Source: Zootoca vivipara (Eukaryota). From it: 64,000 bases of DNA. Of this stretch, positions 25,107-37,985 are shown in pieces. Under the pieces are notes generated by a model, which was not told the DNA's origin, ran no database searches, and saw only the letters and a list, made by a program, of their open reading frames with translations. The position numbers were made by a program, and so were the translations under genes. The DNA lies in contig NC_083288.1 in NCBI RefSeq assembly GCF_963506605.1, positions 45,508,001 to 45,572,000 on the forward strand, read 5' to 3'. Each line of letters begins with the position of its first letter. Position 1 is the stretch's first letter.

Positions 25107-25318
25107 AAAGATCCTTGGAAAAGACCCTGCTGTTGGGAAAGATGGAGGGCACTAGGAGAAGGGGACGACAGAGGACGAGATGGTTGGACAGTGTTCTCGA
25201 AGCTACGAACATGAGTTTGACCAAACTGCGGGAGGCAGTGGAAGACAGGAGTGCCTGGCGTGCTATGGTCCATGGGGTCACGAAGAGTCGGACATGACTA
25301 AACGACTAAACAACAACA
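25107..25318 (+). mobile_element. BovB 3' end inserted into an L2 tail
   Basis: Near-identical to 22270-22470 in reverse; flanked by an AGCT(T)GGGGGAA duplication. Confidence 0.88.
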
Positions 25319-25344
25319 GCTGGGGGAACCTAGTCAGATGGGTG

Positions 25345-25394
<50 letters not shown>

Positions 25395-25773
25395 CTGTAC
25401 TCTAGTTCAGATTGTGGGTGGGGAGAAAGTAATGTTGGTGCACATCTGAATGCAAATTAATACAATTCATAATGCCCAAACCAATACACAGATATGAATC
25501 TATATTCAAAATTCTCATTTTCTGAATTTTGCAACAATACAACAACCTCCCCCCCCCCCCAAAAAAATGTGTAGGAAAATGTTGATATTGGGAGAAAATG
25601 TGCACAAAAAGGGTATTACTTTGTTTTCAGGACAAATCAGAAATCACTTTGTAAAGTTTGGATAATATTATAATATGCCACAGTCCTCTCCTCCTGCTGT
25701 GCGCTCTAAGCCTCTTGGGTCCATTGTCTTACAGTTTTAAAACCACAATGGGTGAACAAATGCTGTCAATCAG

Positions 25774-26033
25774 TAGGGTTGCCACATGTCCAAAATTTCC
25801 TGGACAAATATGGAATACTGTAGTTGGTAGCAGTGTCTGGGTGGAAATTGGCAGAAATGTCTGGGATAATCCAGACATATAGCAACCCATGTCAGTGGTG
25901 TCATTTTTGTTGATTTTCCATAAAAATGATTTTGCAAAAACAAACACAAAGAAACAAAGAAACACAGTTCAACAACTTTGGCCAAGAAAAGCTCAACAAC
26001 TTTTCTTTCTGGATTTGAAATATGGCAACCCTA
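25774..26033. mobile_element. hAT (Blackjack-like) MITE
   Basis: TAGGGTTGCCA...TGGCAACCCTA TIRs. Confidence 0.7.
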
Positions 26034-26718
26034 GGATAGGGTAGATCAGGAACTACTGATAGATATCTAGCTGATTTGCAGTAGACCAGGAAGAGTTTCA
26101 AATTCCCAATCTAAAATGACTTCTTCTTCTGAATTGGACTACGGAAATGAATAAAGCGAGTACTTCTCAGTTTAGCTCAGTTTAGCTCATAAGCACCATG
26201 GTCTCTCAGTTTGCACCTGGTTCTGCCTGGTAGATCGTAGGATTATAGTGAATCATCATCATCCAGATAAAGCTGACAAGTCAGAAGTCTGCACACCTCT
26301 GCTGTAGATCATACATCAGGTTGTGGGTGGGGGATGAGGAGGGAGGAAGAAGTACCATTTTCAATGCTAAAGTAACAATCCTAAGATCTGAATTTGAAAA
26401 AAACTGTCTTTGAAATTTAGGCAGCCAAATCTGTATTTGATTTCACGGGCTCCCAGATTTCATTAGAAACTTTTAGGCAGCTGCAAAATGGCAGCCTTCC
26501 AGGGATGGTCTAGCAACACATAGCCTACATCAGCATGGAGTTGGTCTACATGATTTCTGAGGTTCCTTCCAATTCTTTGAAACTCAAACCTGCACTTGAA
26601 ATTAATTCTATTGCAGTTGCATGCCAATTTATGGAGGCAAATTCTCTTTGTGTTTGTTTCTTTGTTTGTGTGTTGTGTTGTGTTGTGTGCTGTTGTGTTG
26701 TGTTTTGTAAGATTAGAG

Positions 26719-27687
26719 ATGGGAAACCACACTGGATATGAAGACTTCATCCTGATGGGTTTTCTGATGCAACGTGAAGCAGAGATTCTGTTGGCAACAG
26801 TTCTCATAGCTGTGTATATCTTGACGCTGTTGGGTAACACGGTCGTTCTGTTCATTACCTCCACCAACAGCAGCCTCCATACACCCATGTACTTCTTCCT
26901 TGGCAACCTCTCCATCCTGGACCTTGCTTTTTCGACCGTGACTGTTCCGAGCTTGTTAAGGGGCCTTCTTTCAGGAGCCAAGACCATTTCTTTTGCTAGC
27001 TGCATGGCCCAATCCTACTTCTACTTCTTTTTGGCCACAGTGGAGTACTTCCTCTTGACGTCCATGTCCTATGACCGTTACGTGGCCATATGCAACCCAT
27101 TACGTTATCCCATCATTATGAATGGCCAGGTTTGTGTCCAATTGGTATTGGTCTGCTGGCTGGGTGGGTTCATCTCTGTCCTCTATCCAACCATCATGAT
27201 CACCAAGTTCTCCTATTGCAAGTCCCATGTCATTGACCACTTCTTCTGTGACAGTGAGCCTCTACTGAAACTATCCTGTACCGATACAGGCTTGATACAG
27301 ATAATCACTTTTCTGCTGTCAACAATGGTCATCCTCTGCTCCTTGGTTCTAACTCTCATCTCCTATGCGTACATTGTCTCCACCATTTTGGCCATACCCA
27401 CTGACACTGGGAGGAAGAAGGCCTTCAACACATGTGCCTCTCATCTCACCTTGTTCCTAATGGCTGTAAGCATTTCTATCCTACTGTACGTGATCCCATC
27501 TAAGAAATCTGCTTTGGGGGCTCGCAAGGTTCCGGCGTTACTGAGTAGTATAGTCAACCCGTTCCTGAGTCCTTTTGTGTATACACTGAGAAATGATTTG
27601 GTCAAGGGCATCTTGCAAGGGATTTTTGGTCAGGGCAAAGCTACAGAGACTCAGAAGCTGCGGAAGCTGCTCATGAATCATGCTTAA
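26719..27687 (+). CDS. Olfactory receptor, family-6-like (OR3), 322 aa
   Basis: MGNHT start (the upstream in-frame extension is a GT-rich repeat); [45 protein letters not shown]. Confidence 0.95.
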   Translation: MGNHTGYEDFILMGFLMQREAEILLATVLIAVYILTLLGNTVVLFITSTNSSLHTPMYFFLGNLSILDLAFSTVTVPSLLRGLLSGAKTISFASCMAQSYFYFFLATVEYFLLTSMSYDRYVAICNPLRYPIIMNGQVCVQLVLVCWLGGFISVLYPTIMITKFSYCKSHVIDHFFCDSEPLLKLSCTDTGLIQIITFLLSTMVILCSLVLTLISYAYIVSTILAIPTDTGRKKAFNTCASHLTLFLMAVSISILLYVIPSKKSALGARKVPALLSSIVNPFLSPFVYTLRNDLVKGILQGIFGQGKATETQKLRKLLMNHA

Positions 27688-28068
27688 TTTTGTGGGCAAA
27701 GCATTGACTTAGCTGGAACTTTCCAGTGACCCTCATGTTCAATTCCTCAATAATCTGTCTTCGGCTACATTTTTTTCAATGTAAGCTCTTGTTTGCTCGT
27801 GAGAAGATCACCAGAAACTTTGCATGATAGAAAGAATTGTGGTGATTTACCTGCACTTACACCTTATAGTTGAACAAAATTTACTGTGGTGGACCATAAT
27901 GTCATTCTCTGAGATGAAGAGGGAACTATATAGTCCTAAGACAGGTGCATTTTGTTCAGCAGGGGTGAGCTACCTCATGCTTGGGAGACAAATGTGGTTC
28001 TCCTGGCCTCCCTTTTTGATTTTCAGGACTTTCCCCAGACCACACACCATCTATGAGTGGAACATATT

Positions 28069-28401
28069 GCTGTAGACCCTTCACATCCGGGTCATCACCT
28101 GTTTGATTTACTCCCATCCGGATGTCAATACAGGACTCTATATACAAAAATGTCTAGGCACAGGAATAGCTTTTTTCTTTGTGCCATCAAATTGTTGAAT
28201 CTGTAGTTGTGGGCGGAAGGGAGGTCAGTTGGTGGTATGGGGTCTTTTCACTGTGCTGTTGTATTGTGAGGGGAATAGTGTTTGTATGAGGTGGAATAGT
28301 GTTTGTATGCGGTACATTTTTTCTTTACATTGCAATGTAGTCGAAGCAAAATTCCAAGTACGGTTGATACTTGGCCAATAAACTATTCTATTCTATTCTT
28401 C
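28069..28401 (+). mobile_element. Rex1/Babar LINE 3' end
   Basis: Homologous to 52790-53100; (TATTC)n tail. Confidence 0.75.
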
Positions 28402-28542
28402 TTTATATCATTGAACTATGATAATGCCTTTTCAGTAGCCAGATTTAGAAGGTGGAGATTTTTAACTGCTGCTATTTTCATACAGTCGAGTCAGAAACTT
28501 TGCCTGATCTACTACAAATCAACCAGAGATTTAACAGTAGTT

Positions 28543-28890
28543 GGTGGCGCTGTGGTTAAACCACTGAGCCTAGGGCTTGCTGATCAGAAGGTCGGCAGTT
28601 CGAATCCCTGAGACGGGGTGAGCTCCTGTTGCTTGGTCCCAGCTCCTGCCAACCTAGCAGTTCGAAAGCATGTCAAAATGCAAGTAGATAAATAGGAACC
28701 GCTTCAGCGGGAAGGTAAACAGCGTTTCCATGTGCTGGTCTGGTTTGCCAGAAGCGGCTTTGTCATGCTGGCCACATGACCTGGAAGCTATACACCGGCT
28801 CCCTCGGCCAATAATGCAAGATGAGCGCGCAACCCCAGAGTCGGTTATGACTGGACCTAATGGTCAGGGGTCCCTTTACCTTTACCTTTA
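28543..28890 (+). mobile_element. Sauria SINE
   Basis: Typical head, body and (ACCTTT)n tail. Confidence 0.9.
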
Positions 28891-29566
28891 TTCTAATATA
28901 CCTTCTGCCCATCCCTGGAATTTAATACTATTTATTGATCTATATAATGAAACAACATCAGAATGCACACAGAGAGGTGAGTAAATGTACAAGGTAATGG
29001 AATGCATTTCCTAGACCTTGCAGCTAAGTTCTGCCCTCTTGCTTTGTAAAGTAGCACACACACACGGTTTCAGGTTTAAATATGGCCTAATGAATAATGA
29101 ATATTGGCATGTAGTTTAAAGCAGATTTGTGTGTAGAAGGGGTTAGAGTCCAGCTAAGCATGGGGGACTTGAAATCATATCCCTACTCAGCCATAAGCTA
29201 ATGAAGTGATTTGTGAATTTCTGCTTGACTCCTTGGAGTAAAAGGAGAATAAAGTAAATTAATGAAATGAAATGCAAAATCAAAATCAAATACAGTACAT
29301 CTGAAATACATTTTTGTTCAAGTGCTTGGAATATATTGTGAATTGCATCTGGAAAACTGGTTTTCCCAGCAGTTTGTTAAAACTACTTATTTGGTTGGTA
29401 GTACAAACAATTTATTTGGCTGGTAGTACTCAAACCAATGGCTTCAAGCTACAAGAAAGGAGATTCTAACTAAACACCAGGAAGAACTTTCTGAGAATAA
29501 GAGCTGTTCTACACTGAAATGGACTCCCTTGGAAGGTTGTGGACTCGCCTTCATTGAAGGTTCTAT

Positions 29567-29838
29567 CAAGAACTGTACTCACAGGAAACCATGGTTGCTA
29601 ACACAGCCATTGACAGCATCCAGACTCTGCCTATCTTGGAAGAGTTAGATGTCCTTCCTCCCCCTGATGAGCTGAAAAGCACCATCAACCCCCAGGCATG
29701 TGGCAATGCCCCAGGATCAGACCAACAGAAGTGTTGAAGGCCTGCCTCAACTCTTCCCTCAAGGTGCAACTCCACACCTTTTCTTGCAACAGTATCCATG
29801 GGAAACAGGATCCATGCCACAAGGCATGCGTGACCCCA
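29567..29838 (+). mobile_element. RTE-like LINE RT fragment
   Basis: LEELDVLPPPDELKSTI..GNAPG and WETGSMPQGMRD resemble pre-RT motifs of RTE LINEs. Confidence 0.55.
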
Positions 29839-30306
29839 TATCAGGGGCTGGACTGAGAAGGAATGGTGCCCCCCCCCTGTCCTGAATCTTCCAAAGAACA
29901 GGAGGACAGTATACAGGTAGATTTAGAAGACTGTTTTGTAAAACACTGCAGAGGGCAGAAGCTGGGAAATATTGGAAGAGGAACAGCAGGAAGAAGAAGC
30001 ACCAGGAGAGAGACAGCTGACAGACTCAGTGTCCTTGAAAAGCATTCCTAACCCTCCCCCCCCTCCCAGGACCAGGCATGCATTGAGGGTAGTAGAACAG
30101 AGAGCTCAGAGACAGCTCAGATTAGCTGATGCAGGGGGGGGGGGGGTTAGAATACGGAAGATGCAGGGGGGTGGGACTTTACTTGGAGCAATGAAATTAT
30201 TAGGGAATGCTGCATTCCTTCATCACTCTCTGTGAATTATTGAATAAATTGCTTGGTAAGAACTTTTATCATTTCTCTGATTCTTGGCTGACACCGCAGC
30301 CTGACA
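29839..30306 (+). mobile_element. Gypsy-type solo LTR (probable)
   Basis: TATCAGG...CCTGACA termini, AATAAA near the 3' end, imperfect TSD CCCCA/CCACA; similar to 35052-35700. Confidence 0.55.
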
Positions 30307-30617
30307 CCACAGCATGATCAGACATGATTAAAAACATAGCTTTTTAAAGTGCCTCATTCTTTAACTTGGTAATTTTAGAACATTTGGAAAGAGAAGTAAT
30401 CCCATAAGATTCAAGGAAAGTACTCACTATTTTATCAATGTTTTTTGTTGATTTTTTAAAAAATCAACCTGCCTCCAGCTTTATTTGTATTTCCCAGATT
30501 TATTAATTAGCAAAGGCAAAAGAGATAACTAGATTGAGATATCCAATTAATACAAAATAGCAAGGGATCCAATACAAACAAAATACAAAATAAGGTTTTC
30601 ATGGGCATCACTTAGGA

Positions 30618-30753
30618 CAGGCATCCCCAAACTGCGGCCCTCCAGATGTTTTGGCCTACAACTCCCATGATCCCTAGCTAACAGGACCAGTGGTCGGGGA
30701 TGATGGGAATTGTAGTCCAAAACATCTGGCGGGCCGAAGTTTGGGGATGCCTG
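30618..30753. mobile_element. Palindromic hAT MITE
   Basis: CAGGCATCCCCAAACT TIR, fold-back body, TSD ACTTAGGA/ACTTAAGA. A relative lies at about 61115-61252. Confidence 0.85.
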
Positions 30754-31179
30754 ACTTAAGACATTCTGTAACCCACAGAGTATGTGGGATATGAGCTTAG
30801 CCTGCGTCGTCAACAAACAATGATGTCTACCAGCTTCTGCAATGGAAATGCACTTGTACCACAGGACTCCCTGTTTCTTGTCTCAGTCCTCTAACCTCTA
30901 CATGCTCCCCAAATCTGCTTTGGATTTGGATGCCCATTTGCAGAGGCAGATTTAGGGGAGCACAACCAGTTGGGGGTCCCACATGGGCACCACAACTATG
31001 ATGTAGAATGGAAGGTGAGAGGTGGGAGGTGCCAAATTGTGGCAATGCACAGGGCGCCTGTGAAATTTCAGGTCTCAAGGTCCGCTATTGCCATTTGAGC
31101 TATGATCTTGCCCAATCTTGCTGTTGCTGCTGCTGCTGACATTAAATTTACAACTCATCTTTTGCATTAAATTTACAAT

Positions 31180-31515
31180 TCCAGTATACCTAAAGGAGCG
31201 TCTCCACCCCCATTGTTCTGCCCGAACACTGAAGTCCAGCTCCGAGGGCCTTCTTGTGATTCCCTCATTGCGAGAAGCCAAGTTGCAGGGAACCAGGCAG
31301 AGGGCCTTCTCAGTGGTGGCACCTGCCCTGTGGAACGCCCTCCCATCAGATGTCAAAAAGGAAAACAGCTACCAGATTTTTAGAAGACATCTGAAGGCAG
31401 CCCTGTTTAGGGAGGCTTTTACTGTTTAAGAAATTAGTGTATTTTAATGTTTCTGTTGTAAGCCGCCCATAGTTGCTGGGGAAACCCAGCCAGATGGGCG
31501 GGGTATAAATAATAA

Positions 31516-31560
<45 letters not shown>
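31180..31560 (+). mobile_element. L2-clade LINE 3' end
   Basis: PVYLKERLHPH...FRRHLKAALF; (TTA)n tail. Confidence 0.82.
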
Positions 31561-31563
<3 letters not shown>

Positions 31564-32573
31564 CATATATGTTTCTTGGCAATATAACATATGACTGAAA
31601 TTTTGGAACTGAGGCTTGGCATGAGCAAATCTCTCAGTTTCTGTGTCTCATTTTTCCAATCTTACATTCATTTCTCCACATCAGTCTTTTCTTTTAGTAA
31701 AAAGTCCTCATGACAATTCATCAGAATTTTATTGCATTCCCCCCCCTAAGATATACATTATTTTCCATGCATTTTGCCTAATATGAATTTCTTCAAATAC
31801 AATGCTTTTTTGTCAATTACTTTCACTACTGTATTTATGTGCATACTTTACTCCATTCTTGTGACAAATTTAAAGAGGTGCAAATTTCAAAGAATGGTCA
31901 CATTTTGGTTCTCATATTATTTCAGAAAGTGCGAATTAGGTTGCTTCGTCTTGAAATATGAACTGAAAAACTCCCTCCCCCTCATCGCTAATTCTGTTGA
32001 GCACATACAATATTGTCAGGAGTGTTCCTTCCCAGAGTGAAAATGAGGGAGCAGAGGACCCAGGAGGAGAGGAGGCAGCAAGAGATGGAAGTTTGCTACC
32101 AGATTTTTAGAATATATCTGAAGGCAGCCCTGTTAAGGTTTTTCTGTATTCTGTATTTTTTTGTATTCTTTTAAAACCAGTAAATGTTTTCTCTCCAAAA
32201 TTTCCTTCCTTCCTTCTTTTACCCTCTTTATTATTTTATGAACACTGTTGCTGTTTGATTCAGAGGGGAGTGAATAGGAGGAGCAGAAACAGAAAAAAGA
32301 AGGATCACCATTAGCAAAAAAAAAAAAAAAGCTGTTTGGGCAGAACATCCACCTTTTGTGTGGGGGTAGCATGTATTTGACTGAGCACACAAAATGTCAC
32401 TGGTTCAATCCCTTGCATCTCCAGATAGGATTAGGAAAGTCCTCTGTCTGAACCCCTGGCAAGCCTCTACCCATCAGTATAGAAAATACTGGGCCAGATG
32501 CGCCAAAGGTCCCTCTCAGTACAAGACACCTTCCCATGTTTTCAAAACCTTTTTACATTCCCATTTCAAATCA

Positions 32574-33530
32574 TCAGTGCTTGAAAATCCCATAAAACTT
32601 GATTCTCCTACCAATGACATCTTTCAGGGCCTCCTTGACCTGCTTGTTCCTCAAGCTGTAGATGAACGGGTTGAGTAGTGGAGACACCACATTGTTCAGA
32701 ACACCCACCATCCTGCTGAGGTCCAGTCCCCCACTCTGTCTTGGTTTGACATACATAAAAATGCAGCTTCCGTAGGTGATGAAGACAACCAGCAGGTGGG
32801 AGGCACAAGTGGAGAAGGCTTTCTGCCGCCCTGCCGTTGAAGGGATGTGCATGATGGTAGAAATAATTTTAATATAGGAAACTATGGTCACAGTTAAAGT
32901 TCCCAGGACACTAAAAGTGGCCAGGAGAAAATCAAGCAATTCTAGGGACTGAGTATCAGTGCAAGCAAGCTTCACCAATGGCAGATTGTCACAGAAGAAG
33001 TGATTGATGACATTTGGGCCACAGAAGGGTAAACGGAACAAGAAAATAAGAGGAATGATAAGGTATAGGCAACTGAATACCCAAGAACCCAACACTAACT
33101 GGGTACAGAGACGACTGTTCATGATGGTTATATACCGGAGTGGATTACAGATGGCCACATATCTGTCAAAGGACATAGTAGCCAAGAGGAAGAATTCAGT
33201 GGTCCCCAGTATGAAATAGAAAAAGCACTGAGTGAAACAGCCTGCAACAGAAATGGTTTTGTCATCAGAGGCCAGGTTGAGCAAAACCTTGGGGATGGAG
33301 GAAGTGGTGAAACCAATTTCCAAGAGAGAGAAATTTCTGAGGAAGAAATACATGGGGGTCTGGAGACGATGGTCAAGCAAGGTGATGGAGATGATGAGGA
33401 CGTTTCCTCCAATGGTCAAGAGGTAGGTGATGAGGAGAATGACGAACAGGAGAAGTTGCATCCACCGGACACTGGTGAAGCCCACAAGGATGAATTCAGC
33501 AACTATGGTAGACTTGTTTTCCATTGACAT
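32574..33530 (-). CDS. Olfactory receptor, family-6-like (OR4), 318 aa
   Basis: [50 protein letters not shown]. Confidence 0.97.
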   Translation of the reverse strand: MSMENKSTIVAEFILVGFTSVRWMQLLLFVILLITYLLTIGGNVLIISITLLDHRLQTPMYFFLRNFSLLEIGFTTSSIPKVLLNLASDDKTISVAGCFTQCFFYFILGTTEFFLLATMSFDRYVAICNPLRYITIMNSRLCTQLVLGSWVFSCLYLIIPLIFLFRLPFCGPNVINHFFCDNLPLVKLACTDTQSLELLDFLLATFSVLGTLTVTIVSYIKIISTIMHIPSTAGRQKAFSTCASHLLVVFITYGSCIFMYVKPRQSGGLDLSRMVGVLNNVVSPLLNPFIYSLRNKQVKEALKDVIGRRIKFYGIFKH

Positions 33531-34112
33531 TCATTTGTAGGGAAGGTTTTCTGGAAAAGAAGTCCAATTGGTAATGGAAAACTCAAGATGTCCCCAGCCC
33601 ATTGTTATAATATCTAATGGCAGCATTGACAGCAATCTGTAGGAAATGCTGAAATATGAGCAACCAAAAATAAAGCAATTTGGAAAATGGAAAATGAAAC
33701 ATTGGGAGGAGTTAATCAGTGTATGTTAAGTTAAACATTTATATCTTTCTCAAATAGTGCAACACATTGACCTTCAATCTTTACAGATCCTGAATCTGCT
33801 TTTAAGGCAAATATACATTTCTGGGCCTATTTCTTAATATTTACCATATATTTCCTCCTGTTGCAATCTAACTCGGAACAGGTCATGGTCTATTAGTGGG
33901 CACTGAGCCACTAGCTGAAGATCGGTTGATTATTTAATTTATTCTCCACTTAATATATTAAAAATATCTCTAAGCAGTGTACAAAAATCTCAAGCAACCA
34001 CAGACAACTTAAACAAAATATGACAAAAATATACAGTAACGGTCTATAAAAATGTTACATTAATACAGCTCTCAATCCCCAGGTTCTCACCCAGGGTCGA
34101 AACAAACTCTCA

Positions 34113-34200
34113 GCTCACCCACAGAAGTTCTACAATGATAAGAGTTCCAGGAAACAGTGGACATCGCCCTGGTCTCTCACTCTAGACTTGCTTTTTATAG
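34113..34200 (-). promoter_or_regulatory. Putative OR4 TATA box, short first exon and splice donor
   Basis: Minus-strand TATAAAA at 34199-34193, donor GG|GTGAGC at 34118, acceptor TCTTTTCCAG at 33551. Confidence 0.45.
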
Positions 34201-35051
34201 GGAGGCCCAAGGTGGATGGTTCTTCCTCAAACTGCCCACTGCCCATTCAGACTAGTGGAACACGCAGAAAGAAGGAAAGAGCGATGAGAGGAAAGTTGAT
34301 GGGGACTGGGGTGGGAAAGAAAAGGAGAGATAAATCTTTCAAGCTGCTTCTCGTGCCTGTATAAATATCATCTTTATTGGTTCAATAAGAATGACATTAT
34401 CATGCTTGCCGAAGTTTTTCCTCCTTGGCTCTTGTAGCTATTCCCACTGAGGTTAATTGGTGGATGAACACCATAACTAAATTCACTGGAGAATTCACTT
34501 TGTGTATGGGGATGTGGGAGGAAGGGACTGTTTTACTTCAAAGCTGGGATTCATTTATTTTATTTTACCCCTATTCATGAATCACTGCCTATAAAATATC
34601 TAGAACATATTTTATAATAAAAGCATTGATGATAAAACAGTTAGAACAGTTTTGTATATAAAACATTTTTTTAAAATGCCATATATAGAAACAATTTCAA
34701 ATTCAATGTATATACAGTTAGGGATGATAAAAATCTCCACTTAAATGCCTTGAAAAAGGTCATCAGTTGGAGCTTTGAAGACAACAGAGGTGGTCCATGT
34801 CAGGCATGAAATGGGAGAGAATACCAAAGGGTTGGTGCCACCACACTAAAACCTAATTTCTACATCACACAGAACTGACATCCTGTTGGGGTGGTATCAG
34901 TTGGCTGTCTACGGAATGCAATTTTTTTGTTGGGATGGTTTGTTAATTTTGTTAGATTTGGTCAATGGGCCAGTGGACAGTGCTGGCTCTACTATTAGCT
35001 GGAATGAGAGGGCTACTTCATGCAAGGATGGTGAGCAGCAGGGAGCAATAA

Positions 35052-35700
35052 TGTCAGAGACCAGGCAGAGGAGTACTACTCTGATGAGGAATGGTGGGAG
35101 CTTCCCCTTCCCCTTCCCCCTGCTCCTGACCAGGATCCTGAAGCTGCCCAGGAGCAATGGAGAAGTATAGATTTGAAACAGTGGTTTGCAGAGGGGCATA
35201 GTTCTGAAGAAAAAAGTTGGGACAAACTGGGGNNNNNNNNNNNNNNNNNNNNNNNNNNNNNNNNNNNNNNNNNNNNNNNNNNNNNNNNNNNNNNNNNNNN
35301 NNNNNNNNNNNNNNNNNNNNNNNNNNNNNNNNNNNNNNNNNNNNNNNNNNNNNNNNNNNNNNNNNNNNNNNNNNNNNNNNNNNNNNNNNNNNNNNNNNNN
35401 NNCTTGAAAGCCTACATCCACCCAGCCCAAGGTCACGACGAGCAGCTAAGGTGGCAGCCCAGAAAGCAAAGTGGTTGCAAGATCAGTTTGCAAGGCGCGA
35501 AAGTGACTAGGGGGGAAGTGGGTGGTAACCTTAATTGGGAACACCGTCATTCTGAGAATGGCTGCTTTTTTCTTTTGCTGTGATCATTCAAGGCTCTTTA
35601 AATGGTAAGCAACTCTTTTCGCTTTGTCCTGCTTATCTACAGCCGGGGGGGGGGGGGGCAAGAAGCTGAGTCCCTGAAGCTGAGTCCCTGAAGCCTGACA
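35052..35700 (+). mobile_element. Gypsy-type LTR spanning the assembly gap (probable)
   Basis: TGTCAG...CTGACA termini; similar to 29839-30306. Confidence 0.5.
35233..35402. other. Assembly gap (170 N)
   Basis: Run of N. Confidence 1.
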
Positions 35701-36535
35701 AATGGTGAGGTGTTGAAAGACAAAGCTGTGTGTGCCACATGCTCTTCCCATTAACCTCCTAAAGTAGCATGGTGCCCTCAGGTGACTGAATGGACATTTC
35801 TGACACATGCTCCATTCATAACAATTGAACAAATTGCCAGCCATGTTTTCTGTGATGTCCTTCAACTTAGGAAAGGCGTTTTTCAGCAAATACCCCCTTT
35901 CTCTTCTACCTCACAACATCACGCCGCATGCCGTTCCACAGGGTCCCCCAACCTTCTAGAGCAGACTTGAAGGGAAGTATGGGACAATGTAGAGAGAAGG
36001 AAATAGCAGGAATCACCTTCCCATCTCCTTTGATGGAAGATTCTTCAAAATCAATAAGAGAGAGACATCAGTCTGTTTGTGGAACTCAAGTGACCATTCA
36101 AATTCACTTTTCCCACACAGCATCAAACCCCCAAAAGTGTCCACTGCCTCAGGCCTATGAATTATGTATGCATATATGTATGTATGTATCTACATATGTA
36201 TGCATTTCCCGTCTTTCTTCAAGGAGCTCAAGGCGATATATGTTGATTCTCCTCCACACTTTATCCTCGCAAGAAGTCTGTGAAGTAGGTTAAGGCTATG
36301 AAAGATTGACTGGCCTAAGGGTCACACAGTGATCTTACAGGTTGAGGGCAGATTTAAATCCCTGTCCAATACTCTAACTACTAAAACCACACTCCCTACA
36401 AACTTCATGCCACAACTTCCTGAATTCCTGTTTTGGAATATGGGGTAGTGGGGAGCTCTGTATTTTAAACCGTATTTTAATTACCTTCCCCCCTCCTTTC
36501 TGCTATGTTTTATTGTAATTTATATTCAGTGTTAA

Positions 36536-36880
36536 GGGGCACAGGTGGCGCTGTGGGTTAAACCACTGAGCCTAGGGCTTGCTGATCAGAAGGTCGGCGG
36601 TTCGAATCCCTGCGACAGGGTGAGCTCCCGTTGCTCGGTCCCAGCTCCTGCCAACCTAGCAGTTCAAAAGCATGTCAAAGTGCAAGTAGATAAATAGGCA
36701 CTGCTACAGTGGGAAGGTAAACAGCGTTTCCGTGGGCTGCTCTGGTTCACCAGAAGCGGTTTTGTCATGCTGGCCACATGACCTGGAAGCTGTACGCCGG
36801 CTCCCTCGGCCAATAATGCGAGATGAGCGCGCAACCCCAGAGTTGTCCGCGACTGGACCTAATGGACACCTTTACCTTTA
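36536..36880 (+). mobile_element. Sauria SINE
   Basis: Typical head, body and tail. Confidence 0.9.
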
Positions 36881-36987
36881 TATTCCGTGTTAGCTGCCCT
36901 GAGCCTGGCCCTTCTTCTTCTTTTCTTCTGTATTTGCTCTTTTCTTGAAAATGTCTCACATTTCCTGAATACACTGTTGGTGAATCA

Positions 36988-36988
<1 letters not shown>

Positions 36989-37051
<63 letters not shown>

Positions 37052-37070
37052 ACACACACACACACACACA
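36989..37070. repeat. (CT)n(CA)n microsatellite
   Basis: Directly visible. Confidence 0.95.
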
Positions 37071-37985
37071 CAACACTTTCCACATACATGTTGGTGGTGG
37101 CAAGGGAAAAAAGATAGTATTAAAAGGAGAATTCCCTCGATGCCAGTAGAGTGGTACCTCGGTTTACGAACACAATTGGTTCCGGAAGTCTCTTCATAAA
37201 CTGAAGCGTTCATAAACTGAAGCAAACTTTCCCACTGAAAGTAATGGAAAGTGAATTAATCCGTTCCAGATGGGTCCGCGGCGTTCTTAAACCGAAAATT
37301 CATAAACCGAGGTGTTCATAAACCAAGGTTCCACTGTATCCAGATTTGGGGCAAGTACTCTTTGGTGAGAGAACCGCAGCAGAGATTTAAAATCACAAAT
37401 TGTGCAGCAAAGTAAAGAGTGGAAATATAGGCCATGAGACCTTTAAAATATGCCCTTGTGAGTTCCTTCCAAAATTTCCCTCTTCCCTTATGAAAGAAAA
37501 AGACCATGCGGCTGATAAGTTAAAGAAATGGTTTACTTACAAACTTTCCAAAGGTCAGATTCATGTGCTTTTCCATACAGTGTTCAAAAAATGTAGCATA
37601 GGCAGTAAAACCTGGCTTAGTTACAGTGGTGAAATTTCTTAAATAATTGGTATAGGAACACAAGAATGTCCCGTAAGAGCCACACAGTCTGAACTTGGAG
37701 AAACTAGCTCAGACCCCACTGAAGTACAACAATTACCTTCCTCCTCAGGTGAGGTGGAGGGAACTAAGACTGGCAGGACAGCTTACACCATGGCATTAAC
37801 TCATCCATGCATTAATTAAACTTAAGCATGTTGGTTATATGAAGCTGGTTATCCCACAATACATGAGAAGAATATAAATGACATTGAGTTCCTAGAAGCT
37901 GACAAAAGAAAGTCAGTTTATAAGTACAGCTGACAAAAGAAAGTCAGTTTATAAGTACAGCTTCAGCAACCACATGTATCAATAC

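Noticed and set aside
34909-35583. ORFs spanning the N run
   Set aside because: Artefacts of the assembly gap.
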